DNA of 46,182 bases from Poseidonia sp. (GTDB lineage: Archaea; Thermoplasmatota; Poseidoniia; Poseidoniales; Poseidoniaceae): the NCBI GenBank assembly GCA_016779705.1, contig JADHNB010000003.1, positions 1 through 46,182 of the forward strand, read 5' to 3'. Shown piece by piece: positions 1 through 9,451 of the stretch. The first letter of the stretch is position 1. Every line of letters begins with the position of its first letter. The notes beneath the pieces were generated by a model. The model was given only the letters and a program-made list of their open reading frames with translations, was not told the origin of the DNA and did not search any database. Both the position numbers and the translations under genes were made by a program.

Positions 1-134
1 GGCCTCCTCAACCTGCCCCACCTCGCTCATGGTCAGCGCTTGAGGTCGTCCCTTTGAGTCCTTTCGCTTGGAGGTTTTCTCGTTGAGGCGAAAGGGTGAT
101 GGTTAAACGAAGAACGGGACTCGCCCGAACAAGA

Positions 135-221
135 GCCGAGATCGCATAGCCTGGTAGTGCGCGCGACTGGAAATCGCGTGGGCCCGTTCCCTCGGGAGTT
201 CAAATCTCTCTCTCGGCGCCA
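135..221 (+). tRNA. tRNA-Ser (anticodon GGA), class II with long variable arm, CCA encoded
   Basis: Hand-folded cloverleaf. Acceptor GCCGAGA (135-141) pairs with TCTCGGC (211-217). D stem GCAT/GTGC. Anticodon stem CGCGA/TCGCG with loop CTGGAAA, so the anticodon is GGA at 169-171. Variable arm of 15 nt (179-193). T arm GGGAG-TTCAAAT-CTCTC. Discriminator G218, then CCA at 219-221. Confidence 0.9.
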
Positions 222-269
222 ACTTCCTTCTTGGTGGCCGTAGGACACCGCAACCTCCATGACTGAACG

Positions 270-1817
270 ATGGCAGGCGAATGCGTGAACGATGTTCTAC
301 GCCTTCCTTCGAAACGTTGGCTGGTGTTGTTTTTGGTCGCAATAGGTCTTCAGTTTTTGGGAATCCTCAACAGCGACTTGGGGCTGGACACCCACGTCCG
401 TTTGAATGCGATGAGCGACGTGAGCAAGGAGGGGCATGACTTGGCTTGGGGTCCCCTTCGCCTCTCCGATTCCTCCACTCAGGGAAGCGGAAACACGGCG
501 GTTTACGATGGATACATACCTCCCTGGAACACCTCGCCGTTAGCGTTCCAACTTACGGCGGCCGTCTCGTTGGGTGTTGTGGCGCTCCTGGCCGCCGTTG
601 GTCCAAAGGACGATTCGGGTCGAGTGACATTGGTTCCTGCCTACGCGCTCGTGGTCTTGCTCAGTCCAGTCTTTCTCTTTGCAACGAGTCGAGGATACGA
701 TGAGGCCATCTTGGCCCTTTTTGGTGGCGTTGCATTGGTCGGTTTTGCCTTCGATGATTCGCCTTCTGTGCATCGATTGAGGCTCCACGTGGTCTGGATG
801 GCGACGAGCCTTCTTCCCATCATGGCTTGGAAGGGGTTCCCTCTGCTCATGGCGTTTGGTGTTTGGCTGGGAGCGTTGGTCCTTGGCATGGGCTGGGTGG
901 CATGGCACCAACACGCATCGGCTCGTTCCGAAACGCCATTAACGTCCCATCCATGGGTGATGGCGGCCTTGGCAAGCACGGGTTGCCTCCTCGTGATGGT
1001 CCTTCTCTCGCTCGGAGCCCAGAGCGGGACCTTCGCCATCGTTTTCGATGAACCCCTGAAATTTTTGTTGGCCCTTTTCTTCGCGGTGTTTGATGCGGTC
1101 GGTCTTTACCTCCTCGTTGGTTTGGCGCTTTGGCCCCTGATCCATGAAAAGCGGTCCTCTCTCCTGAACGTACGATCGCCCGAATTGAGCTTGTTAACGA
1201 TGTACATCTCAGGATTATTGACGGCCATCATCTTCTACATCGCTGCCCTTTGGAGCCTGGAATCAACCATATGGCAGCGCCCAATGACCGAAACCATGGT
1301 GGTTTTAGGGAACAACGGACGCTATGCGACCTGTTTGGTGCTGCCGATTCTCATGGTTTTGAAATGGCCCCGTTCCGAGGGTGAGCCATCCAATCGTTGG
1401 CCCCAACACTTGACCGCAGCCCTCGCTATCTTGGTGCCGTTCATCTTGTTGACCTCTCTGATGGGTCATCAATTGTGGTCCGAAGATGCAGGGGCCGCTG
1501 CCGCTGACGTTTGGCAGGATGATGAAGACCAATTTTTGTTGATCGCTCCTGAGACCTTGGCAATGCACCATTTGTACGTCATGAAAACCCACCTAGATTT
1601 GGACGGAACGTTGGGCATCCAAGGCCATTGGCGGACTGAGGACACGGCCTCGACCTTCCTGATTGATGCGACTCCCGACCTCATCGTGCTTGCACCTCAT
1701 GTTACGTATACGCTGGACCCGTTGGCGTATGAACTGGTGGATGAATCGAGCGTCCCCGTAACGGTTCCGGGGGGCATCCAGAGCGGTGGTTGGCAACTTT
1801 ATCGTTCCTTGACCTAA
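270..1817 (+). CDS. Polytopic integral membrane protein (about 12 predicted TM helices plus a C-terminal soluble domain of about 100 aa); function unknown
   Basis: 515-aa ORF with repeated hydrophobic 20-aa segments (e.g. WLVLFLVAIGLQFLGIL, LAFQLTAAVSLGVVALLAAV, LTAALAILVPFILLTSL) and an acidic, non-hydrophobic tail. No WWDYG or other diagnostic motif was seen. A GT-C-like glycosyltransferase is only a guess. Confidence 0.65.
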   Translation: MAGECVNDVLRLPSKRWLVLFLVAIGLQFLGILNSDLGLDTHVRLNAMSDVSKEGHDLAWGPLRLSDSSTQGSGNTAVYDGYIPPWNTSPLAFQLTAAVSLGVVALLAAVGPKDDSGRVTLVPAYALVVLLSPVFLFATSRGYDEAILALFGGVALVGFAFDDSPSVHRLRLHVVWMATSLLPIMAWKGFPLLMAFGVWLGALVLGMGWVAWHQHASARSETPLTSHPWVMAALASTGCLLVMVLLSLGAQSGTFAIVFDEPLKFLLALFFAVFDAVGLYLLVGLALWPLIHEKRSSLLNVRSPELSLLTMYISGLLTAIIFYIAALWSLESTIWQRPMTETMVVLGNNGRYATCLVLPILMVLKWPRSEGEPSNRWPQHLTAALAILVPFILLTSLMGHQLWSEDAGAAAADVWQDDEDQFLLIAPETLAMHHLYVMKTHLDLDGTLGIQGHWRTEDTASTFLIDATPDLIVLAPHVTYTLDPLAYELVDESSVPVTVPGGIQSGGWQLYRSLT

Positions 1818-1837
1818 TCACCTCGTTCGCGAAGTGA

Positions 1838-1845
1838 TTATATTC
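1838..1845 (+). promoter_or_regulatory. Putative archaeal TATA box for tRNA-Thr
   Basis: TTATATTC is centred about 27 nt upstream of the first tRNA-Thr nucleotide (1869), which is the spacing expected for an archaeal TBP/TFB promoter. It is the only AT-rich element in the 51-nt spacer. Confidence 0.4.
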
Positions 1846-1868
1846 ATTTGGTGGGTGGGCGAACCACT

Positions 1869-1943
1869 GCCACCGTGGCTTAGGGGTATAGCACCTCATT
1901 GGTAATGAGGAGGTCGCGAGTTCAAATCTCGCCGGTGGCTCCA
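1869..1943 (+). tRNA. tRNA-Thr (anticodon GGT), CCA encoded
   Basis: Acceptor GCCACCG pairs with CGGTGGC. Anticodon stem CCTCA/TGAGG with loop TTGGTAA, so the anticodon is GGT. Variable loop of 5 nt (AGGTC). T arm GCGAG-TTCAAAT-CTCGC. Discriminator T1940, then CCA at 1941-1943. Confidence 0.92.
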
Positions 1944-1950
1944 CTTCGCC

Positions 1951-1955
1951 TTTTT
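1951..1955 (+). terminator. Oligo-T tract (T5) directly downstream of tRNA-Thr; possible archaeal terminator
   Basis: TTTTT lies 8 nt after the encoded CCA. Archaeal RNA polymerase terminates at T-runs. Confidence 0.35.
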
Positions 1956-2054
1956 CCTTGGGTTTACAAATCAGGTGAATCCCCTTCATCCGACCTCAAT
2001 GTATAAGAAGCGACTTTTCAGTTTAGAATTCGAGAAGGAAACTTCTCAGATGGG

Positions 2055-2246
2055 ATGCACATGGAGCGCAAGCAAGAACAAGACGATGAAATGAGACAAC
2101 GAGTCAAGGAATTACAACATCAAGTTGACGAATTGAAGGAATTGGTGAACACCCTGCTCAGCGTGATCGTTGAGGAACCTGACGGCGTTCACAGCGGGGC
2201 TGCACCAACCTTGCCCGGGCAAGGAATGATGCAAGTCTGCATGTGA
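2055..2246 (+). CDS. Small hypothetical protein (63 aa) with a charged coiled-coil-like N-terminus
   Basis: The ORF fills the gap between tRNA-Thr and the 3' end of rtcB. It contains a heptad-like stretch, QRVKELQHQVDELKELVNTLL. A TATA-like GTATAAGA lies about 50 nt upstream. No family was recognised, and it may not be expressed. Confidence 0.35.
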   Translation: MHMERKQEQDDEMRQRVKELQHQVDELKELVNTLLSVIVEEPDGVHSGAAPTLPGQGMMQVCM

Positions 2247-3722
2247 TCATCCCTTGATCACGGCAAGTGGATTCATTCTCGCAACCGGTCGAGCAAGGCC
2301 TGCTCGTTGGGTTAGTTTGATCACATCGTCTACGTTTTTGTACGCATCAGGCGCCTCCTCCGATAGCACGTTGGGGGTGGATGCATGTACACGAATTCCA
2401 CGGTTCTCCAGGTCACGCTTCAATGATTTTCCGTCGAGCAATTTTTTGGCTTGCGCTCGTGACAGCGCACGGCCGGCACCGTGGCATGATGAGCCAAAGG
2501 CTTGATTGCTTCCGTTGATGGGCCCAGCCATGACCCATGAACCGGTCCCCATGTCTCCAGGGACGACCACCGGTTGTCCCGTGTTCGAAAAAACGGAAGC
2601 CACCTCTGGATGGTCTCCTCCAAATGCACGGGTGGCACCCTTTCGATGCACACAACAGGTGCATCCTTTCCCGTTCACATGGTGATGTTCCACTTTGGCG
2701 ATGTTGTGAGCCACGTCGTACAGTGTTCTTGCCTCTCCATCAACCCCCAATTCCAAGCGAAGGACCGTTCGCAGACGTTCCGCCAATACGGCTCGGTTCG
2801 CGAAGGCAAAATTAGCTGCGGCATTCATGGCGTCAAGGTAGGCTTGGCCCTCCCTGGAGTGGATGGGTGCAGCTGCCAATTGGCGGTCCGGTAAGGTGTA
2901 CCCCCAGGCATCGTTGGTCCAACCTTGGTCAGTCTGGCGATAGGTGCTTTCCAGACTTCGGACATGATCGGTGCAAACTTGGTGACCCAATCCTCGACTT
3001 CCGGAGTGAATCATGGCCACCAGTTGATGTTCGTGCAGTCCCCACGCCGTCGCCGTTCGCTCGTCCACGACCTGTCCAACGGTTTGGAGTTCAAGGAAAT
3101 GGTTGCCGCTTCCGAGGGTTCCCAAAGACTTGAGGCCTCGCTCAACGGCTCGTTGCGAAACGTTCGCTTCTTGGGTGGGGAGGCAACCGTTCGATTCCAA
3201 CATGGGCAGGTCGCTGTCAAGGCCGAAACCAAGGTCGAGGGCAGCCGAGGCGCCGCCCATCAACAATTCATTGAGGTCTTGCTTTGAAAGGTCAACCCCG
3301 CCTTTTCCCGACCCTCCTGCTGGTATCCTGCCAGCCAAGCGGCCTGCGAGTTTGCTCAAGTTGGGAATGTCGTCTTTGGTCGCGTCCAGCGCAAGGAAGC
3401 GAACGCCGCAATTGATGTCAAAGCCCACGCCACCGGGTGAAACCGCCCCACCCAATTCCCCTTCGTTGACATCGGTGGCCACCACGCCCCCAATGGGGAA
3501 TCCGTAGCCATAATGCCAATCCGCCATCGCCCACGCCTCTCCGACAATGCCGGGTAGGCTGGCTGTGTTGACGAGTTGCTCGGGACCACGATCGTCTCCG
3601 TGACGCTCCATGTGCCCCGTATCGGTCACCAGGCGTGCGTCAACCCGCATCGCTCCGTGGGCTTTGATTCGCATCGTGCCGTCCCCCTCATCCACGAGGT
3701 GGTCCCGCCATGATGCATCCAT
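2247..3722 (-). CDS. rtcB: RNA 3'-phosphate/tRNA-splicing ligase RtcB
   Basis: 491 aa with RtcB signatures: GGVGFDINCGVR, GTLGSGNHFLE, MIHSGSRGLGHQV, VHRKGATRAF, PGDMGT and SSCHGAGR. Normal length, no intein. Confidence 0.95.
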   Translation of the reverse strand: MDASWRDHLVDEGDGTMRIKAHGAMRVDARLVTDTGHMERHGDDRGPEQLVNTASLPGIVGEAWAMADWHYGYGFPIGGVVATDVNEGELGGAVSPGGVGFDINCGVRFLALDATKDDIPNLSKLAGRLAGRIPAGGSGKGGVDLSKQDLNELLMGGASAALDLGFGLDSDLPMLESNGCLPTQEANVSQRAVERGLKSLGTLGSGNHFLELQTVGQVVDERTATAWGLHEHQLVAMIHSGSRGLGHQVCTDHVRSLESTYRQTDQGWTNDAWGYTLPDRQLAAAPIHSREGQAYLDAMNAAANFAFANRAVLAERLRTVLRLELGVDGEARTLYDVAHNIAKVEHHHVNGKGCTCCVHRKGATRAFGGDHPEVASVFSNTGQPVVVPGDMGTGSWVMAGPINGSNQAFGSSCHGAGRALSRAQAKKLLDGKSLKRDLENRGIRVHASTPNVLSEEAPDAYKNVDDVIKLTQRAGLARPVARMNPLAVIKG

Positions 3723-3848
3723 GTCAAACCGTCCCGCTCGTTGGTTTTGAGCCTTTTTGCAAAGGCCAAAATCGCTTTCTCGTCATCATAGCCTTGAAAG
3801 GGGGACTCGCTTTGGAACGAGCATCCTCCTCGGAAGGACGTTGACGGT

Positions 3849-6686
3849 ATGGCACTTCCACCCATTGACCTCGCCGTTTTCCACAAGAACGGTTTCGTCC
3901 GAAAACAGTGCGCGGTGACGGATTTATGGTTTTGGACGTCCGATGAACAACGAACGACCTGCGGGGACACCCCCGAGGACGAATACACGTTCATTGGTGC
4001 ACCGTTGATTTCTGGATTTGACCAACGGGGGAAAGCCTTGAAAGACGCCATGCGGGAGGCCTTCCTTTCGTTTTTTGAAAACGTCGGCCACACCCGAATT
4101 GAACCCTATCCGGTGTTGGCCCGATGGCGTGATGACATCCATCTGACCATCGCCTCGATTGCTGACTTTCAACCCCATGTCACCTCGGGCTTGGTCCAAC
4201 CGCCGGCCAATCCCTTGACCGTTTCCCAGCCGTGCATTCGACTGACCGATGTGGATGCTGTTGGGCGTTCAGGCCGCCATTTGACGACCTTTGAGATGAT
4301 GGCCCATCACGTGTTTAATCGCCCCGCTGAAGGGGAAGAAATCTATTGGATGGAAACCTGCGTCGAGCATTGCCATACCTTGTTGACCGACACGTTCGGT
4401 ATTGATTCGTCCGAGATCACGTATGTCGAAAATCCCTGGTGTGGCGGAGGCAATGCCGGAGCAGCCGTGGAAGTGATCGTCGGCGGGCTCGAGTTGGCCA
4501 CCTTGGTGTTCATGGACATGGAAGAGCATCCCGAGGGCGATGTTGAGTTGAAAGGTGATCGATACCGTAAGATGCCCCTGCAAATCATCGACACCGGGTA
4601 TGGACTCGAACGATTCTGTTGGGCGGCGGCCGGCACACCAACCATTTACGAAGCCATTTACCCTGAATCCGTTGATTGGTTGAAATCACGCTCAAAGTTT
4701 GATGATGTGGCGAAGCAGTGGCCTTCGATTGACCTTGATCGTCTCCTCAGTGAAATGAGTCGCTTGAACGGTATCATGAACATCGAAGCCGGGGTTGACG
4801 GCGACAAACTGGTCAGTCTCTTCTTGGCCCGACTACAGGACCGAGGAATCGAACTTACCGCCGAACAATTCACGGGCATCACGGAGCCCCTGTCCAACAT
4901 CTATGCCATTCCTGACCATTTGCACGCTCTCTGCAACATGCTTGGAGACGGTTTGGTCCCGTCAAACGCCAAAGCCGGTTACCTTGCCAGGATGCTCGCC
5001 CGTCGGGTGCTGAGAATGCGGGATGAATTGGGACTTGAAATTCCTTTGAGCGACCTTGCTGAACACCATCTTGATGTGAACTTGGGAGGACATCTCAACA
5101 AGCAACACCGAGAAGGATTATTGGAAATTCTGACCTTGGAAGAAGAACGCTACGTTGAGATGCTTCGGAAGGGCGTCCAAGTGTTGCAAACGCAACTCAA
5201 AGGTCTGGACAAAACGGCAGAAACCATTCCCGACGACGATTTGTTCACGCTCAACGATTCACATGGTTTGGCACCCGACATGGCCGTTGCCTTGGCACGA
5301 AAGGCCGGTTGGACTCAGGTCGCCTTGCGCACCGGCTTTTCGGCAGAGATGGCTGAACGCCACGCACGTTTGGCCAAGGAAGCTGCTCGAGAGCCCTCCT
5401 CGAGCGGAAGCGGTTACATGACCGACGGCCTTTCAGCGACGGTGACGGACTATTACGACGATGTCTATGCTCAGACGGCCATGGCGAAGGTCGTGGCATG
5501 TTTTGAGCGTCAAGGCACTGAGGGTGAATTTGCGGTGGTGTTGGACCGCACCCTGTTCTATCCCGAAGGCGGGGGCCAAGAGGGTGATCGGGGGACCCTT
5601 GTTCAGGGTGATTCAGTTGTGCACGTGCGTGATACTCAGAAACAGGGTGACATCATTCTTCACTTTACCAACGGTCGGTTGACCGTTGGAGAACAGGTGG
5701 AGGCGCGGCTGGATTGGCAGCGGCGAAAGCAGTTGATGGATCATCACACCGCCGTCCACATCGTTGGAGGAGCGGCAAGACATTTGTTGGGCCCCCACAT
5801 TTTCCAAGCGGGTTCTCACCTCTCCGTTGAAAGCGGTCGTTTGGACATCACGCACTTCCATCGACTGACGCGCGATGACCTCGACGCCATGGAAGCCATG
5901 GCCAATCAAGTGTTGGCCTCGGTCGGCTCAACTGAAAAGTCCGAACTCAATCGCAAAGATGCGGACCTCGTCCACGGATTCGACCTGTACCAGGGAGGTG
6001 CCCCGAAGGGCGATTCGATTCGAATTCTGAAAATCGCTGAACACGACACCCAGGCCTGTGGGGGAACTCACCACGATGAACCGGGTCAAATCGGGTCCAT
6101 TCGCGTCGTTCGCTCAACCGCCGTTCAGGACGGTGTTGAGCGGTTGCACATTGTCGCAGGGGATGCGGCGTTGGCCTATGCCCGTTCCCAAGACGAATTG
6201 CTACGCTCAACAGCTGAGGTGTTCGGGGTTCATCAGGACGATTTGCCAAAAGCCGCCGCTCGATTCTTTAAGGAATGGAAGGAGCAGCGGAAGACGATTG
6301 AACATCTTGAATCTGAAATCGTCCGCCTTCGGACCAGCGGTGGAGGCGACGCTTCCTCCGAACTTGAGGGTGTTCGCATCGTCGTGATGGAAATTGACGG
6401 TGATTTGAAATCGATGACCACGATGCTCAAGGAACTCACGTTGGACCAAGACCAACCCACCTTGGCCGTGCTTGGCTCCCGCGATGGCGGCGGGAAGTTG
6501 ATGATCGCCGTCACGGAAGGGACGATTGCCTCCGAGCGCTACAACGCTGTTGACCTGCTCCGCTCGATTTCGTCCCACATCAACGGTGGGGGTGGAGGTC
6601 GACCAACCTTCGCTCAGGGCGGTGGTTCAAACGCTGACGGCTTGCCAAATGCGCTTCAGGCCGCACGCGAGATGCTCGGTCTTTGA
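3849..6686 (+). CDS. alaS: Alanyl-tRNA synthetase (archaeal-type N-terminus)
   Basis: 945 aa. N-terminus FWTSDEQRTTCGDTP..YTFIG is typical of archaeal AlaRS. Class II core present. Editing domain has HxxxH (HHTAVHIV) and CGGTH. C-terminal DHHA1-like tail with GGGGGRP..AQGGG. Confidence 0.95.
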   Translation: MALPPIDLAVFHKNGFVRKQCAVTDLWFWTSDEQRTTCGDTPEDEYTFIGAPLISGFDQRGKALKDAMREAFLSFFENVGHTRIEPYPVLARWRDDIHLTIASIADFQPHVTSGLVQPPANPLTVSQPCIRLTDVDAVGRSGRHLTTFEMMAHHVFNRPAEGEEIYWMETCVEHCHTLLTDTFGIDSSEITYVENPWCGGGNAGAAVEVIVGGLELATLVFMDMEEHPEGDVELKGDRYRKMPLQIIDTGYGLERFCWAAAGTPTIYEAIYPESVDWLKSRSKFDDVAKQWPSIDLDRLLSEMSRLNGIMNIEAGVDGDKLVSLFLARLQDRGIELTAEQFTGITEPLSNIYAIPDHLHALCNMLGDGLVPSNAKAGYLARMLARRVLRMRDELGLEIPLSDLAEHHLDVNLGGHLNKQHREGLLEILTLEEERYVEMLRKGVQVLQTQLKGLDKTAETIPDDDLFTLNDSHGLAPDMAVALARKAGWTQVALRTGFSAEMAERHARLAKEAAREPSSSGSGYMTDGLSATVTDYYDDVYAQTAMAKVVACFERQGTEGEFAVVLDRTLFYPEGGGQEGDRGTLVQGDSVVHVRDTQKQGDIILHFTNGRLTVGEQVEARLDWQRRKQLMDHHTAVHIVGGAARHLLGPHIFQAGSHLSVESGRLDITHFHRLTRDDLDAMEAMANQVLASVGSTEKSELNRKDADLVHGFDLYQGGAPKGDSIRILKIAEHDTQACGGTHHDEPGQIGSIRVVRSTAVQDGVERLHIVAGDAALAYARSQDELLRSTAEVFGVHQDDLPKAAARFFKEWKEQRKTIEHLESEIVRLRTSGGGDASSELEGVRIVVMEIDGDLKSMTTMLKELTLDQDQPTLAVLGSRDGGGKLMIAVTEGTIASERYNAVDLLRSISSHINGGGGGRPTFAQGGGSNADGLPNALQAAREMLGL

Positions 6687-6689
6687 GGC

Positions 6690-7460
6690 TCATCGCAAAC
6701 TGCGCAGCGCTTCTTTGTCAAATTGTGAGACCGCTTGCTGGTAGGCGTCGTTGACGCTGAACCATCGGGCTTCGGAGATTTCTTCTGTCTGCAGCGCCAA
6801 TTCAGACACGTCTCCGTTCCAAGTAGACCGGTAGGTCAAGGAAACGAAGGAGATGCCTTCGTCGTTGAACACACGTTGTGTAATGACCGGTTCCTTGTCG
6901 TCCAGCACGATCTGAAGGCCCAACTCCTCCAGAGTTTCTCTCACGCACCCGATTGAAGGGTGTTCGTTGTGGTCCAAGTAGCCTCCCGGCAAGGTCCAAT
7001 ATCCGTTAAAGTGCCCTCGCTCTACCTTTCCCATCAGCACTTCGCCTGCATCGTTTTGGATCATGACTTTCGCAACCAAACGATGCAGGGAGCGATAGAT
7101 GGCTTCCCTTGCGACGGGGTGAACGTGGTTGTCAGCAATGCAGGCATCCTTCCAAGCCCAGTGCTTGGGCCACTCCATTTTTGGGTAGCCTTTCAGGACG
7201 GTGAATTGAGTTGACCCGAAGGTGATGCGGAGCGTGTCCTTTTCAACGAACTCAAGGTCCATGACCTCGACTTCGTCAACCGTGGGGAATCGTAGGGTGT
7301 TGCTGTTCCCCATCCGGCCGGGTTGAGGGAGTTGGGGTCCAATTCCTTGTTCATCCACCAACAACACCTTTCCGTCGTGTTCCAAATACACGGAGACGGA
7401 AGGGTGCATGCTTCTGCCAAGGCCCCGATTCACATCAATGCTCGTATCAGGATTGGTCAC
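6690..7460 (-). CDS. NUDIX hydrolase with an N-terminal extension of about 110 aa of unknown type
   Basis: Nudix box GGYLDHNEHPSIGCVRETLEELGL matches GX5EX7REUXEEXGU. Its start overlaps the 3' end of rmuC by 14 nt on the same strand. Confidence 0.85.
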   Translation of the reverse strand: MTNPDTSIDVNRGLGRSMHPSVSVYLEHDGKVLLVDEQGIGPQLPQPGRMGNSNTLRFPTVDEVEVMDLEFVEKDTLRITFGSTQFTVLKGYPKMEWPKHWAWKDACIADNHVHPVAREAIYRSLHRLVAKVMIQNDAGEVLMGKVERGHFNGYWTLPGGYLDHNEHPSIGCVRETLEELGLQIVLDDKEPVITQRVFNDEGISFVSLTYRSTWNGDVSELALQTEEISEARWFSVNDAYQQAVSQFDKEALRSLR

Positions 7461-8709
7461 TCGGGAGCAGCGTCACCTCGGACGGCTCGGGGAGTTCTTG
7501 CGTGAGGGTTTCCGAGACTTTCAGTTCGTCCAATCGGCGGCCTTGGGGAAGGACTCGTGATTGGTAGGACCGCATGGTATCGTTGTACGCAAGGGTTGCC
7601 TTGGCGAGGTGCCCGCCCACCTTGTTGTAGTGGTCCACCATCGTGGTGACCCGTTTGTACAATTCTCTCGAGACATCGTAGATCTCTCGTGCACCCTCCG
7701 CAAGGGCGTGTTGTTGCCAGTACAAAGCGACGGTCCGCAACAAGCCGAGCATCGTGACTGGGGTGGTGACCAAGACCGATTTGCTCATGGCATACTCCAT
7801 CAAATCCGGGTCCACGTTGAAAGCAGCGGCGGCCATGGCTTCACTCGGTACGAACATGACCACATGGTCAAAATGACCCTCGATGGCTTCCTGATATGCC
7901 TTGGAACTGAGGTCGGTGATGCGACTTCGCATGCTGCGGGCGTGACGAATGAGCAATTCGTCTTGCTGAGGTCCGGGTTCAAGGGAGACCGCTTCAAGGT
8001 AGGTTCCCCCAACCGCCTTGGAATCGATGGGGATGACGCCTCCCTCCGGGAGAATGACGACAAAGTCGGGGCGGGTGCCGTTGTCCAAGGTCGGCTGTTC
8101 TTTGAAATTCATGTGTTCGGAAAGGCCCGCCATTTCAAACAACCGTCGTAGTTTGACTTCCCCCCAATTGCCTCGGGTCTGACTCGAGGTGGTCAGTGCC
8201 GTGGAAAGCGCCACGGTGCGTGTGGACAACGATTCAGTCTTCTCACCGAGTTCCTTGATGTTTCGTCGCAACCCTTCGTACGCCCCCACTCGTTCTTTCT
8301 CCATCTCGTTGTTTTGGTGTTGGAGTTTGATCAATTCGTCTTGGAGCGGCTTAAGCAGATGCTCAACCTCGGTTTTTCGCTGTTCAAGAGCATGCTCAGC
8401 CTCAAGTTGATTTTTCGACCAACGCTCTTCGGCCAATTTGAGGAAATTGGCCGAATTTTCCTCACTCAGGCGCTTGGAGAGGTTCTCAACCTCAGCTCGG
8501 ATGCGTTGTTCGTTGATGGTTGAGGCCTCTTCGCTGGAGCGGAGGCGCTCCTCGGCCCGTATCAGTTCACCAGCGGTGGACTGTCGAGCCATCACCCATC
8601 CGACCAATCCGCCCAAGACCAATCCAATCAACAACAGGCCGTACTCTGTTAGCCCCACCATGAAATCGTAACGATGGCGACCGTATATGATGAAATCGGG
8701 TTCCGTCAA
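7447..8709 (-). CDS. rmuC: RmuC-family DNA recombination/nuclease protein (N-terminal TM helix, long coiled coil, C-terminal PD-(D/E)xK-like domain)
   Basis: 420 aa with TM helix LLLIGLVLGGLVGWVM, a charged coiled-coil segment of about 150 aa, and a C-terminal region RPDFVVILPEGGVIPIDSKA...MFVPSE characteristic of RmuC. Confidence 0.85.
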   Translation of the reverse strand: MTEPDFIIYGRHRYDFMVGLTEYGLLLIGLVLGGLVGWVMARQSTAGELIRAEERLRSSEEASTINEQRIRAEVENLSKRLSEENSANFLKLAEERWSKNQLEAEHALEQRKTEVEHLLKPLQDELIKLQHQNNEMEKERVGAYEGLRRNIKELGEKTESLSTRTVALSTALTTSSQTRGNWGEVKLRRLFEMAGLSEHMNFKEQPTLDNGTRPDFVVILPEGGVIPIDSKAVGGTYLEAVSLEPGPQQDELLIRHARSMRSRITDLSSKAYQEAIEGHFDHVVMFVPSEAMAAAAFNVDPDLMEYAMSKSVLVTTPVTMLGLLRTVALYWQQHALAEGAREIYDVSRELYKRVTTMVDHYNKVGGHLAKATLAYNDTMRSYQSRVLPQGRRLDELKVSETLTQELPEPSEVTLLPSDQS

Positions 8710-8740
8710 AGTTCATAGCAGAACACCTCATGGGAAGGTC

Positions 8741-9451
8741 ATGCGTTTTGAGCAACTGAACGAGGGCGTCTGGGCCATGACCTATTTGGTGGTTGATGAG
8801 GTTTCAAATCAAGCCGCTCTGATTGACCCTGTGTACGATTACCTCGATTCCTACCTCTCCTTGCTCGAAAACGATGGGCTGACGCTGACCTACGCCATCG
8901 CCACGCACACCCACGCCGACCACATCACGGCCTGTTTTTCACTCCGAGAAGCGCTGGGCTGTGAATACATCATGTTTCACAACACGGCCAGTTTGGGTGT
9001 TTCGACCTATGTCGAAGACGGTCAAACCCTTCCATTGGGTGACGTTTCGTTCACCTTTCACGCCGCCCCAGGCCATACCAACGATTCCATGATCGTTGAA
9101 GTCCCTGGTCACATCATGACCGGGGATTTTTTGTTCAACGGCGAAGGTGGGGTTGGCCGGGACGATTTACCAAGTGGCCGAAGCCGCATCCATTGGGAGG
9201 CGTTGGCGGTCCTGGACCGATTCGATGACGGGGTCACCGTCTGTTCCGGTCATGAACCGCCCGGAACGGAGATGCGTCCTCTCGCATGGAACCGCCTCCA
9301 TAATCCAATCCTCAAGATGACGAGTTTCGAAGAGTTTGATGCTTGGCAAAACGCTACTGCGGCCGCCTTGGGCGGTGTATCTAAAATCAAAACAGCGATT
9401 CCTGCTAACTTGTTCGCCGAAATTCCAGACCGAATTCCATGGTTGGATTAG
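8741..9451 (+). CDS. Metallo-beta-lactamase-fold hydrolase
   Basis: Contains the HxHxDH motif (ATHTHADHIT), later AAPGHTNDS, and a C-terminal His (CSGHEP). I prefer the ATG at 8741 (MRFEQL...) because it avoids overlap with the divergent rmuC start. The ORF-track start is 8687. Confidence 0.8.
   Translation: MRFEQLNEGVWAMTYLVVDEVSNQAALIDPVYDYLDSYLSLLENDGLTLTYAIATHTHADHITACFSLREALGCEYIMFHNTASLGVSTYVEDGQTLPLGDVSFTFHAAPGHTNDSMIVEVPGHIMTGDFLFNGEGGVGRDDLPSGRSRIHWEALAVLDRFDDGVTVCSGHEPPGTEMRPLAWNRLHNPILKMTSFEEFDAWQNATAAALGGVSKIKTAIPANLFAEIPDRIPWLD

Noticed and set aside
1-30. Possible 5' end of a minus-strand gene leaving the window (revcomp ATGAGCGAGGTGGGGCAGGTT...)
   Set aside because: Only about 10 codons are visible, so it cannot be distinguished from chance.
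33-342. Two minus-strand ORFs (33..260 and 103..342, 75 and 79 aa)
   Set aside because: They run antisense straight through the well-folded tRNA-Ser gene (135-221). Their composition is Arg/Ser/Pro-rich and non-protein-like.
135-1943. Two tRNA genes flanking one membrane-protein gene, as a possible integration hotspot or genomic islet
   Set aside because: No duplicated tRNA 3' fragment (att-like direct repeat), no integrase and no compositional shift are visible. The shared gagttcaaatctc string is just the T-arm.
3783-3789. C-box-like ATGATGA on the minus strand in the rtcB/alaS divergent spacer (possible C/D box sRNA), next to a 6-bp hairpin GCCTTT-TTGC-AAAGGC at about 3751-3766
   Set aside because: No D box (CTGA) or C'/D' elements occur at the required spacing. 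The hairpin is short and unremarkable.
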